Shown here: in pieces, positions 26,051-40,361 of the stretch
Position numbering within the stretch: the stretch's first letter is position 1
Layout of the letters: the number at the start of each line of letters is the position of its first letter
Assembly: GCA_951406725.2 (NCBI GenBank)
Contig: OX597838.1
Location: 28,830,001-28,894,000, forward strand
Origin: Octopus vulgaris
Lineage: Eukaryota
Reading direction: 5' to 3'
DNA length: 64,000 bases
Translations under genes and position numbers: made by a program
Notes under the pieces: model-generated
Databases searched by the model: none
Seen by the model: only the letters and a program-made list of their open reading frames with translations
What the model was told of the DNA's origin: nothing

Positions 26051-27351
26051 TAAAAAAGTGCTGGAAATGTTTTCTAAACAGGTATATATACTATACATAA
26101 CTTTGTTAATGGTATCATGTTCAGGTGGGTATGAGTTACTCATGAGATGCGCTAAAAATAACAGCTAGATAGACCTTAAATTATGCACCAAAATTATAAT
26201 TTTATATATATATATATATATGTGTGTGTGCGTGAGTGTGTGTCTGCAAGTGATGATGTTTACAGAGCTGCTTTTAATTTGTTTACAGTATTCTTCGACA
26301 CCATGTCTGGCCGTGCAGAAATATTACTCTTGCTTTGAAAGAGGTAGGAATTGGTGACAGGAAGGGCATCTGGCCATAGAAAATCTACCTCAATAAACTC
26401 CATCTGACCCTTGAAAGCTGGGAAAATTAGATGTTAAGAAGATGATAATGATACAGTGGTCATGGTTCAACTGTTAGGTCTTTGTACCAGGTGAACTTCA
26501 GTATATTACCTGTTTTCCTTTCCCAGAGCAGTGATCTAGATTTCATCCACTTTGTGGCTCTGATCCCAGAGAATTAAGGGACCAGGAACAAGCCTTTGAA
26601 AGGCTTCCTCCACCCCACACCTATCTGTTTCTTTTCACGATATCTTGACCATCTGCCATCACTCTACTGGGCTATTGAAGGGGCCTGTATGTAGTATGTA
26701 CTCAACAAGCAAGAAATAGTAGCCGGATTTCCCTCAGATCACATCTCACCTTCTGGGAGAATGGAACTTCTGGGACACATTGATGTGTCCCCTAAAGAAT
26801 GGTAGGGAAACATCTGTGATGACAACTGATCCCAAGCAGCCTTTCTATTCTGTCTTTTATCGTGTACCTTTTATGTGTTTCCCTCATTGGACTGCGGCCA
26901 TGTTGAGGCACTGCCTTGGAGGGTTTAATAGAACATATTAACTCCAGTATGTATTTTATAATGCCTGGTACTTGTTCTGTTGGTCTCTTTCTGCCAGACT
27001 GCTAAGTCACAGGGACATGGACAAACCAATGGTTGTCAAGTAGTGATTGGTGGCAGGGGACGAGACAAGCATGCACACACACACAATGGTGAACTTCTTT
27101 AAGGTTCTGTATGCCAAATCCATTTTGGTTGGCGTGAGGCTATAGTGGAACACACTTGCCCAAGGTACCACACAGTGGGACTGAACCAGAAACCACGAGA
27201 TTGCAAAGCAAGCATCTCTACACATTGGTGACATGAAGAAGAGAGGCTTGCATGCAAGGGTAACTGCTAGTTTTCCTCAAAAAATCTTTCTCAGACCTCC
27301 ACGTGTGTGTGTGTGTGTATATAAATATATATGCATGTGTATATGTGTATA

Positions 27352-27561
27352 CAGGGTGGCCCAAATGTAGGTTTACAGTTATCACGTAGGCACTTTAAAT
27401 TTCTTTAAAAATATTTTATTACATTTAAATTTCTATCTTACAATTAACTAAATTAGCATAGAATAATGGTTTCACAATTTTTTATAATTAAGATCTAAAC
27501 TGTTAATATATGAATGCGAAAAAGATAGTTGAATAACTAAACCTGCTTTTGGGCCACCCTG
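27352..27561. mobile_element. Tc1/mariner MITE
   Basis: TA|CAGGGTGGCCCAAA...TTTGGGCCACCCTG|TA. Confidence 0.8.
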
Positions 27562-27565
27562 TATG

Positions 27566-27629
<64 letters not shown>

Positions 27630-27631
27630 TA

Positions 27632-27846
27632 CAAGGGGTTGTGTACAGTTCCTGGTTTGGCTAAAAGAAAATACAAGAGGATCAGTTAATTACAATTTTA
27701 TTCAACATATTCTCTTCTCAGGTTCACACACTTATTGCAGTGATCCTTCAGTTTTTCTAAGCCCTGTGAAACAAGTGGGAAGGTTGGGCCTCCAACCAGG
27801 CCTTTTGCGATACCCTTCAAGCCAGGAACTTTTCAGTACCCCCTCG
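27632..27846. mobile_element. mariner-type MITE
   Basis: TA|CAAGGGGTTGTGTACAGTTCCTGG...CCAGGAACTTTTCAGTACCCCCTCG imperfect TIRs within TA/TG repeats. Confidence 0.65.
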
Positions 27847-27855
27847 TGTATGTAC

Positions 27856-27894
<39 letters not shown>

Positions 27895-28676
27895 CACAGT
27901 GGTTGTATACTGTCAACGTGACAGTCCCATAAGGGAATTACACTACCGCTGTTTAGCCCTAGGAAGCATCGACGCTTCCTGTCGGCTTTGACACATTTCC
28001 TGTGTCCTTATATTTGCGAAGGGGAGGCAAGCACCCCCACCAGCTAGGGTTCACATATATATATTAATGTTTGTGTTTATACTCTTACTCTTTTACTTGT
28101 TTCAGTCATGTGACTGCGGCCATGCTGGAGCACCACCTTTAGTCGAGCAAATCGACCCCGGGACTTATTCTTTGTAAGCCCAGTACTTATTCTATCGGTC
28201 TCTTTTGCCGAACCGCTAAGTGACGGGGACGTAAACACACCAGCATCGGTTGTCAAGCAATGCTATGGAGACAAACACAGACACACAAACACACATACAC
28301 ACACACACATATATATACATATATACGACAGGCTTCTTTCAGTTTCCGTCTACCAAATCCACTCACAAGGCATTGGTTGGCCCGGGGCTATAGCAGAAGA
28401 CACTTGCCCAAGATGCCACGCAGTGGGACTGAACCCGGAACCATGTGGTTGGTTAGCAATGCGCCTATATATATATATTAATGTTTGTGTTTATGTTCAG
28501 TTATAATTAAAATTTCACATTAAGTTGATGGGTTCCTCTATACTTTTGTAGAGTACAGGTTGATTTATGCTTAGACAAGAATATTGTTGACAGTGACTTC
28601 GAAGTTTTGGCCAGCTAAGCCATCATCCTTAACTGGCCAACACTTTGAAGTCAGAATAATATATATATATCTTATA

Positions 28677-29067
28677 GGCGCAGGAGTGGCTGTGTGGTAA
28701 GTAGCTTGCTAACCAACCACATGGTTCCGGGTTCAGTTCCACTGTGTGGCATCTTGGGCAAGTGTCCTCTCCTATAGCCCCGGGCCAACCAATGCCTTGT
28801 GAGTGGATTTCATAGACGGAAACTGAAAGAAGCCTGTCGTATATATGTATGTGTGTGTATATGTTTGTGTGTCTGTGTTTGTCCCCCTAGCATCGCTTGA
28901 CAACCAATGCTGGTGTGTTTATGTCCCCGTTACTTAGCGGTTCGGCAAAAGAGACCGATAGAATAAGTACTGGGCTTACAAAAGAATAAGTCCCGGGGGT
29001 CAAGTTGCTCGATTAAAGGCGCTGCTCCAGCATGGCCGCAGTCATATGACTGAAACAATTAAAAGAG
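28677..29067 (+). mobile_element. tRNA-derived SINE family A, full length
   Basis: Complete head-to-tail copy, head-to-head with the minus copy at 28081-28465. Confidence 0.9.
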
Positions 29068-29474
29068 TATATAACTTGGTCAGCATTGACTGCAGATTCA
29101 GTTGTTTGGTCAACTGAATTTCCTGTTTTCCATTGCATTGGTGTGTGATTGGCTAAATCTAAAGGGATATGAAAATTTAAATGGCAGTTGTTAAAGTGTA
29201 TATACTTTTTTTTGGTGTGTGTGTGTGTGTGTGGGGGGGGGGGGCAACCTGTGTATGTAACATGCTTCATGCTTCATCATAACAATAACTGTTTTCAAAA
29301 TAGCATCACTCTTCCAAGCATTTTCCGATGAAACCTTAACGCAGACTCTAAGGAACAATAGAACCAAACAAGAAGTTGTTCTATCTTGGGTAAGTAAAAT
29401 AATTCAAGCAGGACAGTGACGGCGAGCAGAGACATTAATGGGAACAGAGAAAAAAAAAAACAAAACATTTTTAA

Positions 29475-29690
29475 CCCATTAGCATTAAAGCCAGCCACAG
29501 CCAGCCGAAATATCCTACATGTTTTATGTTCAAACTGGTCAGATCCAGTCTTTCACAACAACCTTACAATTTCATTCTGAAAATAAGCAATCACATCATT
29601 GAAATATCAAAGCTATGAGATAATGCATGGTTAATTCAAAACAATGTGAATAGATAACACATTTGACAGAGTAATCTGAATGCTAAAGAG
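29475..29690. mobile_element. piggyBac-type MITE, same family
   Basis: TTAA|CCCATTAG...CTAAAGAG|TTGA; internal sequence homologous to 10207-10426 in reverse orientation. Confidence 0.7.
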
Positions 29691-30057
29691 TTGATTTTAC
29701 TGGCGATTTCCCCTTCATCAGCTGCCTGTCAAATATCCATGTGATTTTGACACTTGCTGTTGACATTATGATTGATTACTCTACACCAGGCATGAGCAAC
29801 CATTTTTGAGAACTGGGTCACATGCGACATAGCTTACCATCCATCAGGCAGACCACATTACTGAAAAAAATTCAAGGGGTGCCATTCATAAAGCCCTGTG
29901 GGCTGCAGTTTCCCCACACACATATATGATGGGAATTTTTTTTTTTTTAGTTTCCACACACCAGATCTACTCTTAAGGCTTCAGTCGGCCCGAGGCTATA
30001 GTAGAAGACACTTGACCAAAGTGCTATGTTGTGAAACTGAACTCAGAACCATGTATC

Positions 30058-30270
30058 CCTACTTAAATGTGGATGTTCTTTTGGAACAAACTTTACTGCT
30101 GTAGAAACCATGAGAGATCTTGGGTCTCAGCATTGGAGTTGCGGTTTTATCTCCCTGCTGGCGATATAACAAACAAGCATATGTTCTGCACCAAAGCCTG
30201 TATGGGAGTTTCTCTCATGGTTTCTATCACAGTATAGTTTGTTCTAACAGAACATCATGTTTAAATGGGA
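30058..30270. mobile_element. Foldback MITE (long TIR)
   Basis: About 60-bp inverted arms ACTTAAATGTGGATGTTC...AAACCATGAGAGA / TCTCTCATGGTTT...GAACATCATGTTTAAAT; related copy at 49232-49652. Confidence 0.65.
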
Positions 30271-31382
30271 ATAAATATTTATTTCTTTATTATTCACAGG
30301 GATCTAGACATAGAGGGGACAAACAAGGACAGACAAACAGATTAAGTCGATTACATCGACCCAGTGCATAACTGGTACTTATTTAATTCACCCCGAAAGG
30401 ATGAAAGGCAAAATCGACCATGGCAGAATTTGAACTCAGTACGTAATGACAGATGAAATACTGCTAGACATTTTACCTGGCGTGCTAATGATTCTGCCAG
30501 CTTGCCACCCTCATCATCATCGTTTAACGTCCGCTTTCCATGCTAGCATGGGTTCAACTGGGGTCTGGGAAGCCCAAAGGCTGCACCAGGCCAGTCAGAT
30601 CTGGCAGTGTTTCTACAGCTGGATGCCCTTCCTAACGCCAACCACTCCGTGAGTGTAGTGGGTGCTTTTTATGTGCCACCGACACAGGTGCCAGACGAGG
30701 CTGGCGAACGGCCACGCTCGGATGGTGTCTTTTTTTGACGGGGATAAATATTATCTCTCAACTCCTATTGGTGTTACAAGGGCACCATCACGAGATACAG
30801 TGGTGTTCATGTTTCTGAATTTTGGGATCCGGCCGAGTTAAGCCCGCTATGGTGTCGATAGGGGACTGATGCTTTATTTATTGAGCTCCTCCCCCACCTC
30901 CACTCCACCCCACCCAAAAGAATAAAATACAAAGTTAACCTTGGTGTGGTTTGAACCTCAGACTGCAGAGAAACAGAATGACTACCACAAAGCACCATTC
31001 AGTCCAGTGCTTTAACAACTGTGCCGACCCACTTCTATAACTGGTACTCGTTTATTGATCCTAGACAAATGAAAGGCAAAGGGTGGATCTGAGCAGTGTT
31101 TGAACTCTGAATGCAGCTGCCATCAATAACCACAAGGCATTTTGTCTGCTCTGATGATTCTAGCATTATCTCCCCACCCAGCTTCCTCTCTATCATCACA
31201 TTAAATAAATCAAACTTTCTCCAATTTGTCTGATATTTTAACAGTGAGTTGGCAAGAAGCCACACAAAGAGAACATGGACTCTTTAACCCTAATCCGCTG
31301 CCATAATCTCAGTATACTCTTGCTAGAAATAGCAGCTATATTCCCTTGTATCAGATTCTATTATCTTGAAGAAATAACTTAG

Positions 31383-31688
31383 ATATACGACGGGCTCCTT
31401 TCAGTTTCCGTCTACCAAATCCACTCACAAGGCTTTGGTTGGTCTGAGGCTATATACGGCGGGCTTCTTTCAGTTTCCGTCTACCAAATCCACTCACAAG
31501 GCTTTGGTTGGTCTGAGGCTATATACGGTGGGCTTCTTTCAGTTTCCGTCTACCAAATCCATTCACAAGGCTTTGGTCAGTCTGAGGCTATAGTAGAAGA
31601 CACTTGCCCAAGGTGCCACGCAGTGGGACTGAACCTGGAGCCATATGGTTGATAAGCAAGCTACTTACCACTCAGCCACTCCTGCGCC
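31383..31688 (-). repeat. SINE A fragment with an internal 69-bp triplication
   Basis: ATATACG..GGGCT.CTTTCAGTTTCCGTCTACC... at 31383, 31452 and 31521. Confidence 0.9.
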
Positions 31689-33199
31689 TATTGATGTTTA
31701 TTTTATTGAATTGCTAAACCACATTTTTAACAAAAAAATGTATGCAGCCTACACACCATTTTACATTCATTTCTTCATGATTGTATGGCTTGGACAGGTC
31801 CTCTCCTAAACAGCCTCAGACTATTCCTTTTACTCTCTGCTTGTTGCCTTTCCTTGCCTTTGGTCTTCAATACTATTCTGATATTTCCTCATGATGCGCT
31901 CTGGTTGATGGCCAACACACTGTACCACATATCAGACAGGGCTTCTTTCAGTTTGCTCTTTGAAGGGCACACACAAATATCCCCGCTCTTCATGGGGCAG
32001 AGCTATGCCACTTCACACTACGCTTGCTCTTGGACAAGCTAGGATGCCTCTAGCAAGAATTCACACCGCTTGTGACATATCATTGACGTACCATTTCTTT
32101 CTACAAGTTGATGCTATCCATGTCCTGAAATTTCCTCAGACAAGCAACATTAGTAAAATGCTTCCAGAACCATTAACATTTAGGTTTGGTCAAATTTTTC
32201 ATGTATCTTTGAGTCTTATTGTTTTCCTGTTTTGCTGCTAATGTCTAAACCAATCATCATCATCATCATCGTTTAACATCCATTTTCCATGCTAGCATGA
32301 GTTGGACGGTTCAACCGGGGTCTGGGAAGCCAGAAGGCTGCACCAGGCTCCAGTCTGATCTGGCAGTGTTTCTACAGCTGGATGCCCTTCCTAACGCCAA
32401 CCACTCTGTGAGTGTAGTGGGTGCTTTTTACGTGCCACCAGCGCAGGTGCCAGGGTAGGCTGGCAGTGGCCACGATCGGTTGGTGCTTTTTACGTGCCAC
32501 CGGCATGGAAGCCAGTCATGGTGGCGCTGGCATCGACCACGTACGGATGGTGCTTTTTACGTGCCAGGGGAGGCTGGCAACGGCCACGATCGGTTGGTGG
32601 GTTTTACGTGCCACCGATTAGTAGCAAAATTTTGAGCGAGGGGTAAGTTGATCACATTGACCCTTCCCCCACCGATCAAAGATCGTCACCATTTTTCTCT
32701 TATTAACTAATCATCCCCCCCACCCTACTGTATATCTGAATGACGGTTTTAGCTTATTCATGTTCAGCGTTTTCCCTTTTGTTAAAAGTCTGCATTAATC
32801 CTTTTTTTCAACACATTTATTTATTTTTTTCGGGTGGGGTTGGTTTGGAGGGGTTGTTATTGTTTCTGTTGGGGTTACCACTTTAGTGGTATGCATGTCT
32901 TCTCGTTACTTCCCTGCAAGAAACCATGTTAAATTGTGAGTAAGTAAAACAAGCTAAACGAAAAGTGTGCCAACATATTTTTTCTCCCCACAAAGAAATG
33001 GGAAAATATTTAAGAACAGTCTTTCACTTTTCTTTGATATAAGTCACATGTACCAGTTACATACTAGGGTTGATCTATTTGACTAGCCCTTTCCCCAGAA
33101 ATTTCGGGCCTTGTGCCTAGAGTAGAAAAGAATAAATCACTACAGACTGAAAGAGATTATCTTCCCACAATAAGTAAAAGGGAGCAATTTGTAACATAT

Positions 33200-33660
33200 A
33201 ATAATGATATTATTGTATACAGTGCTCAGGTGCACCACAACTTGTCAGAAAGTGCATATAAAGCACATGCAGTAGTGTACAAATGTCCTGGAAAGCGAAC
33301 AATGCATGAGTCAGGTACATGCTTGTGTGTGTATGGAGGGGAGAAAATCAGGTGTAGTGTTGGCGAATCTCAGAAAGCATGGAAGTTTTGAAGGATGCAG
33401 TGCTCCGACAACTAACAACTGATGCCGGCAGTTTGTTCCATGCTTCAGCAACTCTCAGCGTGAAAAAATGTTTCCTAAAGTCATGGGAGCTGTGCTGTTT
33501 TCTGACTTTGTAAACATGTCCACGGGTGTTATACAGGTGGAGTTTGAAAAGGTGCTCAGAGTTATTGTTTGTGCGATGGTTAATAATTTTATGGGTGTCT
33601 ACCAAGTCAGCTGCCAGACGTCGGAGTTTCAATGTGTCCATGTCCAGGGAAGTAAGGTGT
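33200..33660 (-). mobile_element. CR1-clade LINE 3' fragment
   Basis: LKLRRLAADLVDTHKII...NTRGH...RKHFFTLRVAEAWNKLPASVV...FK: typical CR1/L2 ORF2 C-terminus, followed by a short UTR. Confidence 0.85.
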
Positions 33661-34679
33661 TCACTTTCCAGACAGTCAATAATTAATAATAATAATAATA
33701 ATAATCCTTTCTACTATAGGCACAAGGCCTGAAATTTTTGGGGAGGGGACTTGTCGATTACATTGACCCTAGTGTTTCACTGTTACTTAATTTATTGACC
33801 CTGAAAGGATGAAAGGCAAAGTCGACCTCTGCAGAATTTGAACTCAGAATGTAAAGACAGATGAAATACCGTTAAGCATTTTGCCTGGTGTGCTAACGAT
33901 TCTGTATTTGACTGGTACTAAATTTATTGACCCTGAAAGGATGGAAGGGAAAGTTGACCTTGACATAGTTTGAACTCAAAACAGCAACAGGTGAAATACC
34001 ACTAAGCATTTTGCCCAGAGGGCTAACGATTCTGCCAGCTTACCACCTTTAATAATGATAATAATAATAATTCTGTTAGCTCACTGCCTTAATAATAATA
34101 ATAATAATAATAACAATAACAATAATAATAATAATTCTTTCTACTATAGGCACAAGGCGTGGAATCTGAGAGCAGGGTACTAGTTGATTACATTGACCCC
34201 AGTGCTTCACTGGTACTTAATTCATTGACCCCCGAAAGGATGAAAGGCAAAGTTGACCCCAGCAGGATTTTAACTCAGAACATAGCGACGGGTGAAATAC
34301 CACAATGCATTTTGCCCAGCATGTTATTGATTCTGCCAGCTTGCCACCGTAATAATAATAATAATAATAATAATGATTATGATAATGGTTTCAAATTTTG
34401 GCACATGGCCGTCAGGTTTTGAGGGAACAAGCAAGTCAATTACATATATACCCCCAGTATTTGACTGGTATTTACTCTTTTACTCTTTTACTTGTTTCAG
34501 TCATTTGACTGCGGCCATGCTGGAGCACCACCTTTAATCGAGCAACTCGACCCGGGACTTATTCTTTGTAAGCCCAGTACTTATTCTATCGGTCTCTTTT
34601 GCCGAACCGCTAAGTGACGGGGACGTAAACACACCAGCATTGGTTGTCAAGCAATGCTAGGGGGACAAACACACACACA

Positions 34680-34723
<44 letters not shown>

Positions 34724-35373
34724 TACGACGGGCTTCTTTCAGTTTCCGTCTACCAAATCCACTCACAAGGCTTTGGTCGGCCCGAGGCTATAGTAGAAGA
34801 CACTTTCTCAAGGTGCCACGCAGTGGGACTGAACCCGGAACCATGTGGTTGGTAAGCAAGCTACTTACCACACAGCCACTCCTGCGCCTATATTATCGAC
34901 TCTTGAAAAGATGAAAGGCAAAGTCAACCTCGGTGGAATTTGAATTCAGAATGTAAAGACAGAGGAAATGCTGTTAAGCATTTTGCCGGGGCATGCTAAC
35001 GATTATTAATTTAATTAGACTGGTACTCCATCAGTTACGGAAACAAGAATTCCAGTTGATTCGATCAACGGAACAGCCTGCTCGTGAAATTAACGTGCAA
35101 GTGGCTGAGCGCTCCACAGACACATGAAACGCTTAACGTAGTTCTCAGGGAGATTCAACGTGATGCAGAATGTGACCAGACTGGCCCCCCCTTTGAAATA
35201 CAGGTACTACTCTTTTTTGCCAGCTGGGTGAACTGGAGCGACAAGAAGTAAAGTGCCTGTTCAAGAGACACAGTGTGCCACCGGGAATTGAACTCACCTC
35301 CTTACGATCATGAACCAAACACCTTAACCTCTGAGCCACGTGTTTTCAACAAATAATATCATTCACCTTTTAA

Positions 35374-35595
35374 CCCTTTAGCATTTAAACCGGCCATATC
35401 TGGCCATAAGTATTCTGCCTATTTTATGTTCAAACTGTCCAGATCTGGTCTCTCACACCAACCCTACAATATCGTTTTAAAAATTAACAGCTACCTCATC
35501 AGAATCTCATAGCTACAAGATAATGCATGATCAGTTCAAAACAATGTGGATAAAAAAAGTATTAATTTTGGCAGAATAATGCGAACACTAAAGGG
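35374..35595. mobile_element. piggyBac-type MITE, same family
   Basis: TTAA|CCCTTTAG...CTAAAGGG|TTAA. Confidence 0.8.
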
Positions 35596-36710
35596 TTAAG
35601 GTTAGGTGTGGCTTATTAACACAACGTGCTTTCTTCTGCAGAGAACAGGTGGAGCTTATCGACACACTGCTAAATTATGAAGATGGGTGTATATAAGCCA
35701 CATTTGTGTTATAAGCTGTTTGATTGATTATCATCTTGTATTTTTTTGCCCTTTTTTGCATCCTGCATGAAAAGTCTTGCTGTTTATACCTGACCTCAAA
35801 GGGTGGTGGCTTGCTACTAATAACATTTATAATACTTTAAAATTTTGGTACAACACCTGTAATTTTTTTTTTAGAAGGAGGTGTTTTGCGAACTACATCA
35901 AGATCAATATACTCTTTTACTCTTTTACTTGTTTCAGTCATTTGACTGCGGCCATGCTGGAGCATCGCCTTTTAGTCGAGCAAATCGACCCTAGGACTTA
36001 TTCTTTGTAAGCCTAGTACTTATTCTATCGGTCCCTTTTGCCGAACCGCTAAGTAACGGGGACATAAACATACCAGCATCGATTGTCAAGCGATGTTGGG
36101 GGGGACAAACACAGACACACACACACATATACATACATATTTATATATATATATATATATATATACGACAGGCTTCTTTCAGTTTCCGTCTACCAAATCC
36201 ACTCACAAGGCTTTGGTCGGCCCAAGGATATAGTAGAAGACGCTTGCCCAAGATGCCATGCAGTGGGACTGAACCCGGAACCGTGTGGTAAACATACCAG
36301 CATCGATTGTCAAGCGATGTTGGGGGGGACAAACACAGACACACAAACAAACACACATATACATATACATACATATATATATATACATACGACGGGCTTT
36401 CAGTTTCCGTCTACCAAATCCACTCACAAGACTTTGGTCGGCCCGAGGCTATAGCAGAAGACACTTTCCCAAGGTGCCACGCAGTGGGACTGAACCCGGA
36501 ACCATGTGGTTGGTTAGCAAGCTACTTACCACACAGCCACTCCTGCGCCTATATGTGTACTTTATTTTCTCAGCTCCTAAAGTACGAAAGGTAAAGACGA
36601 CCTCCGCTGAATTTGAACTCAGGAACAAAGAACTTTGAAGGATACAAGGAATGGCATCAAGTATTTTGTCCGATGTAACTCGCAGTTCTACCAGCTTATC
36701 GTCTTAGTGA

Positions 36711-37107
36711 TCTGCTGTTATAATAAACACGAAATTCTGTCTGTTCATCTGTCCAAGACCCCTGGTATCTAAGTCTACATAGACACATTACACCTTTCTG
36801 GAATCAGGATGATCCTGGAATTGAAAATCTGCCCTTCATTTGGTTCTTGAACACCCAGCATTGGGATCAGGTCTGGACGAGGTTGTGTTATGAGCTAACA
36901 GTTGAAAATTCCAATTTTAAATGAACTTCCAAACTTTGCGAACTTATGGGCTTTTCATATAAACTGAATTTAAAGTAATACCCTATTTGGTAGGGGACCA
37001 ATAACCGTTTTATCATTACTTTCTTTAGTTTTGGCCCAGAAGAGCTTCAGTTAGCCCTCCACAGGAGCTAGCTTAAAAATCTGCATAGAGTGTGACTTTT
37101 AAGCTAG
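36711..37107 (+). mobile_element. Possible older Helitron
   Basis: A|TCTGCTGTTATAATAAACACGAAATTCTGTCTG start, weak subterminal hairpin and CTAG|T end. Confidence 0.45.
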
Positions 37108-37842
37108 TATCTTCTTTTCTACTCTTGACACAAGGCCTGAAATTTATGGGGAGGGGGGTCAGTTGATTAGATTGACCCCAGTATGCAACTGGTGCTTAAT
37201 TTATTGACCCTGAAAGGATGAAAGGTAAAGTCGACCTCAGTGGAATTTGAACTCAGAATGTAAAGACATGAAATACTGTTAAGCATTTCACCCAGCGCGC
37301 TAATGTTTCTGCCAGCCCGTCGCCTTCTTAAGCTAGTATATTACAAATGTAAACCTGATCTCTGTCTGTCTGGCCTCATGAAGGCTAACAACTTTGAAGT
37401 GAGGGGGTAAGTCAGTTATATTTGTCCCCAGTATATAACTGGTGTTTCATTTTATGAATCTTGAAAGGATGAGAGACAACATTGATCACGGCAGACATTT
37501 GAGGTCAGAATTTAAAGAACTAAAGGAAATACTGCTAACCATTTCCTCTGCCGCCGGCTCACTATTCCTGTAATTATTTTCGAATTTTGGTACAAGGCCA
37601 GTAATTTCTTTAGGAACGTTGTCAGCTGATTACATTGACCCCAGTACGTGACTGGTACTTATTTAATGAACCCAGATAGGATGGAAGGCCAATTCGACTT
37701 TGGTGGGATTTGAACCCAGAACATAAAGAGCCCAAAGAAATACATTTAAGGATTTTGTTTGACATGTTAACAATTCTGCCACACTGTTGCTCTAAACAAT
37801 AATAATAATAATAATAATAATAATAATCCTTTCTTCTATAGG

Positions 37843-38208
37843 TGAAGGTGCATGGCTCAGTGGTTAGAGCATCAAGCTCACAATCCTGAGGTAGTGAGTT
37901 CGATTCCTGGACCAGGTTATGTGTTGTGTTCTTGAGCAAGACTCTTTACTTCACGTTGCTCCAGTTCACTCAGCTGTAGAAAATGAGTTGCGACGTCACT
38001 GGTGCCAAGTTGTATCGGGGCCCCTTTGCCTTTCCCTTGGATAACATCAGTGGCATGGAAAGGGGACACTGGTATGTAGTGGCATGGAGAGGGGGAGGCT
38101 GGTATGCATGGGTGGTCTTCCATAAACATCCTTGCCTGGACATGTGCCTCGGAGGAGTTCTTTCTAGGTGCAATCCCATGGTCATTCATGACTGAAGGGG
38201 CTCTTTAC
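37843..38208 (+). mobile_element. tRNA-derived SINE family D
   Basis: TGGCTCAGTGGTTAGAGC A box, GAGTTCGATTCC B box; reverse copy at 11986-12328, fragment at 47565-47720. Confidence 0.8.
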
Positions 38209-40361
38209 CTTTCTTCTGCGGGCACAAGACCTGAACTCAGAACATGTAGCCAGAAGAGATGCATTTTGTCCAGTGTGTTAACAACTCACCCAGCTCATTA
38301 CCCAAACAACAACAACAGCAACAACAACAATAATTTCTGTCATAGGCACAAAGCCTGAAATTTTTGGGGAGGGCACTATCTGATTACATTGATTGCCAGT
38401 GTTCAATTGGTACTTATTTTATTGATCCCGAAAGGTTAAAGGGCCAAAAATTGACCTTAGCAGAATTTGAACTCAGAACATAAAGACAGATGAAATGTCT
38501 CTAAATATTTTATCCAACATACTTACAATTTTAAGGGGATTGGGCTTAGTTGATTGCATCAACTCCCTTTTTTTCCCCAGAACATGACTGGTATCATAAA
38601 CCATATATTTTTATGGAAGTGACCTGTCAACCTCATTTATTCAAATGACTTCAGTTGGTCATCATCATCATCATCGTCGTTTAACATCCTCTTACCATGC
38701 TGGCATGGGTTGGACGGTTTGACTGAGGGCTGGCAAGCCAGGAGGCTGCACAAGGCTCCAGTCTGATCTGGCAGAGTTTCTACAGCTGGATGCCCTTCCT
38801 AACGCCAACCACTCTGAGAGTGTAGTGGGTGCCTTTTATGTGCCGTGTTTGGCAAAACGGTTCTTTTTCTCATTGCAAGGATGCCTCAGTGACGGTAAAC
38901 CTACATCACTAATAACTTCAGGAAAGGCATGAATGTCACAGATTCCTATTTCACTCTCTTTTTTTTTTTTACTATTTATTAATTCAGTATTTTTTATTCA
39001 TTTATTTATTAATTTTTTTTATTTAATCTTGTTGCTTAAACTTAGTTCCTCACATCGGAACAAGACTGCAGGTTATTTAGGAAGAGGAGGTGGAGGGCAA
39101 GTGTGAGTAGCTGAATTGACACTCCCCCCTCATCTTTGCCCACCACACTATATATCTAAGTACGTTTTTTCCATTGACCTCAGAGAGAAGAAAGAAGTTG
39201 GCATCTGTGGAATTTGAACCCATAATCTTGAGGAGTGGAACTAATTACTGCAAGTCACTTTTTTAACCCTTTTTTTACCTATTTTTTGACAGTCCCAACT
39301 CTCTATATAGATGAAAAAAACCCCCCCCCCGAAATGTGGCCATCTCTTGTGAGCGAGTGTGACTTGGTGGTGTGTACCATGGTTTTTTAAAATTGTTTTA
39401 GGGGCCTGAGTGGTCGCAAGCAGACACAGGCACCCTCTTGGCCTGCCCATCCTTTGACTCTGCAGAACCTCCATGGGGCGACAGCTAAAGAAAGAAAGAG
39501 AAATGGCCACCACCACTAGACGTGTTCGTTTTTCAGCTCTGGATTCTGGGGCATTGTCAAACGAAGTGCCTTGCTCAAGGGCACAGTATGGCACACGGTC
39601 CTGGCATTGAGCCCACAGCTTTATGGTTGTAAGAACAGCCTCTGTTGATTAACGAATGGCTTCTTTCTCTCAGTGTGAAAGGCAGATTATATGATGGTTG
39701 TGTACAAACAGCAGTGGTTTTTGAGCGTGAAATGAGGGCCGTCAACGTAGGGGACATGTGAAGGCTTGGAAGAAACGGGGCAAGTGTGTTCTGCTGGGTT
39801 TGCAATGTCTCTTTACTCTTTTACTCTTATATCTGTTTCAGTCATTTGTCTGCGGCCATGCTAGAGCACCGCCTTTAGTCGAGCAAATCGACCCCGGGTC
39901 TTATTCTTTGTAAGCCTAGTACTTATTCTATTGGTCTCTTTTGCCGAACTGTTAAGTTATGGGGATGTAAACACACCAGCATAGGTTGCCAAGCGATGTT
40001 GGGGGGACAAACACAGACATATGTATATATATATATATATATATACATGTATACGACGGGCTTCTTTCAGTTTCCGTCTACCAAACTTGCCCAAGGTGCC
40101 ACGCAGTGGGACTGAACCCAGAACTATGTGGTTGGTAAGCAAGCTACTTACCACACAGCCACTCCTATACATATATAAAACGGGCTTCTTTCAGTTTCTG
40201 TCTACCAAATCCACACACAAGGCTTTGGTCGGCCCAACGTGCCACGCAGTGGGACTGAACCTGGAACCTTGTGGTTGGTAAGCAAGCTACTTACCACACA
40301 GCCACTCCTATGCCTGTGTGAATGTAACAGCAAAGTGCTAATGTACTGAGAGAAAAGTTAA

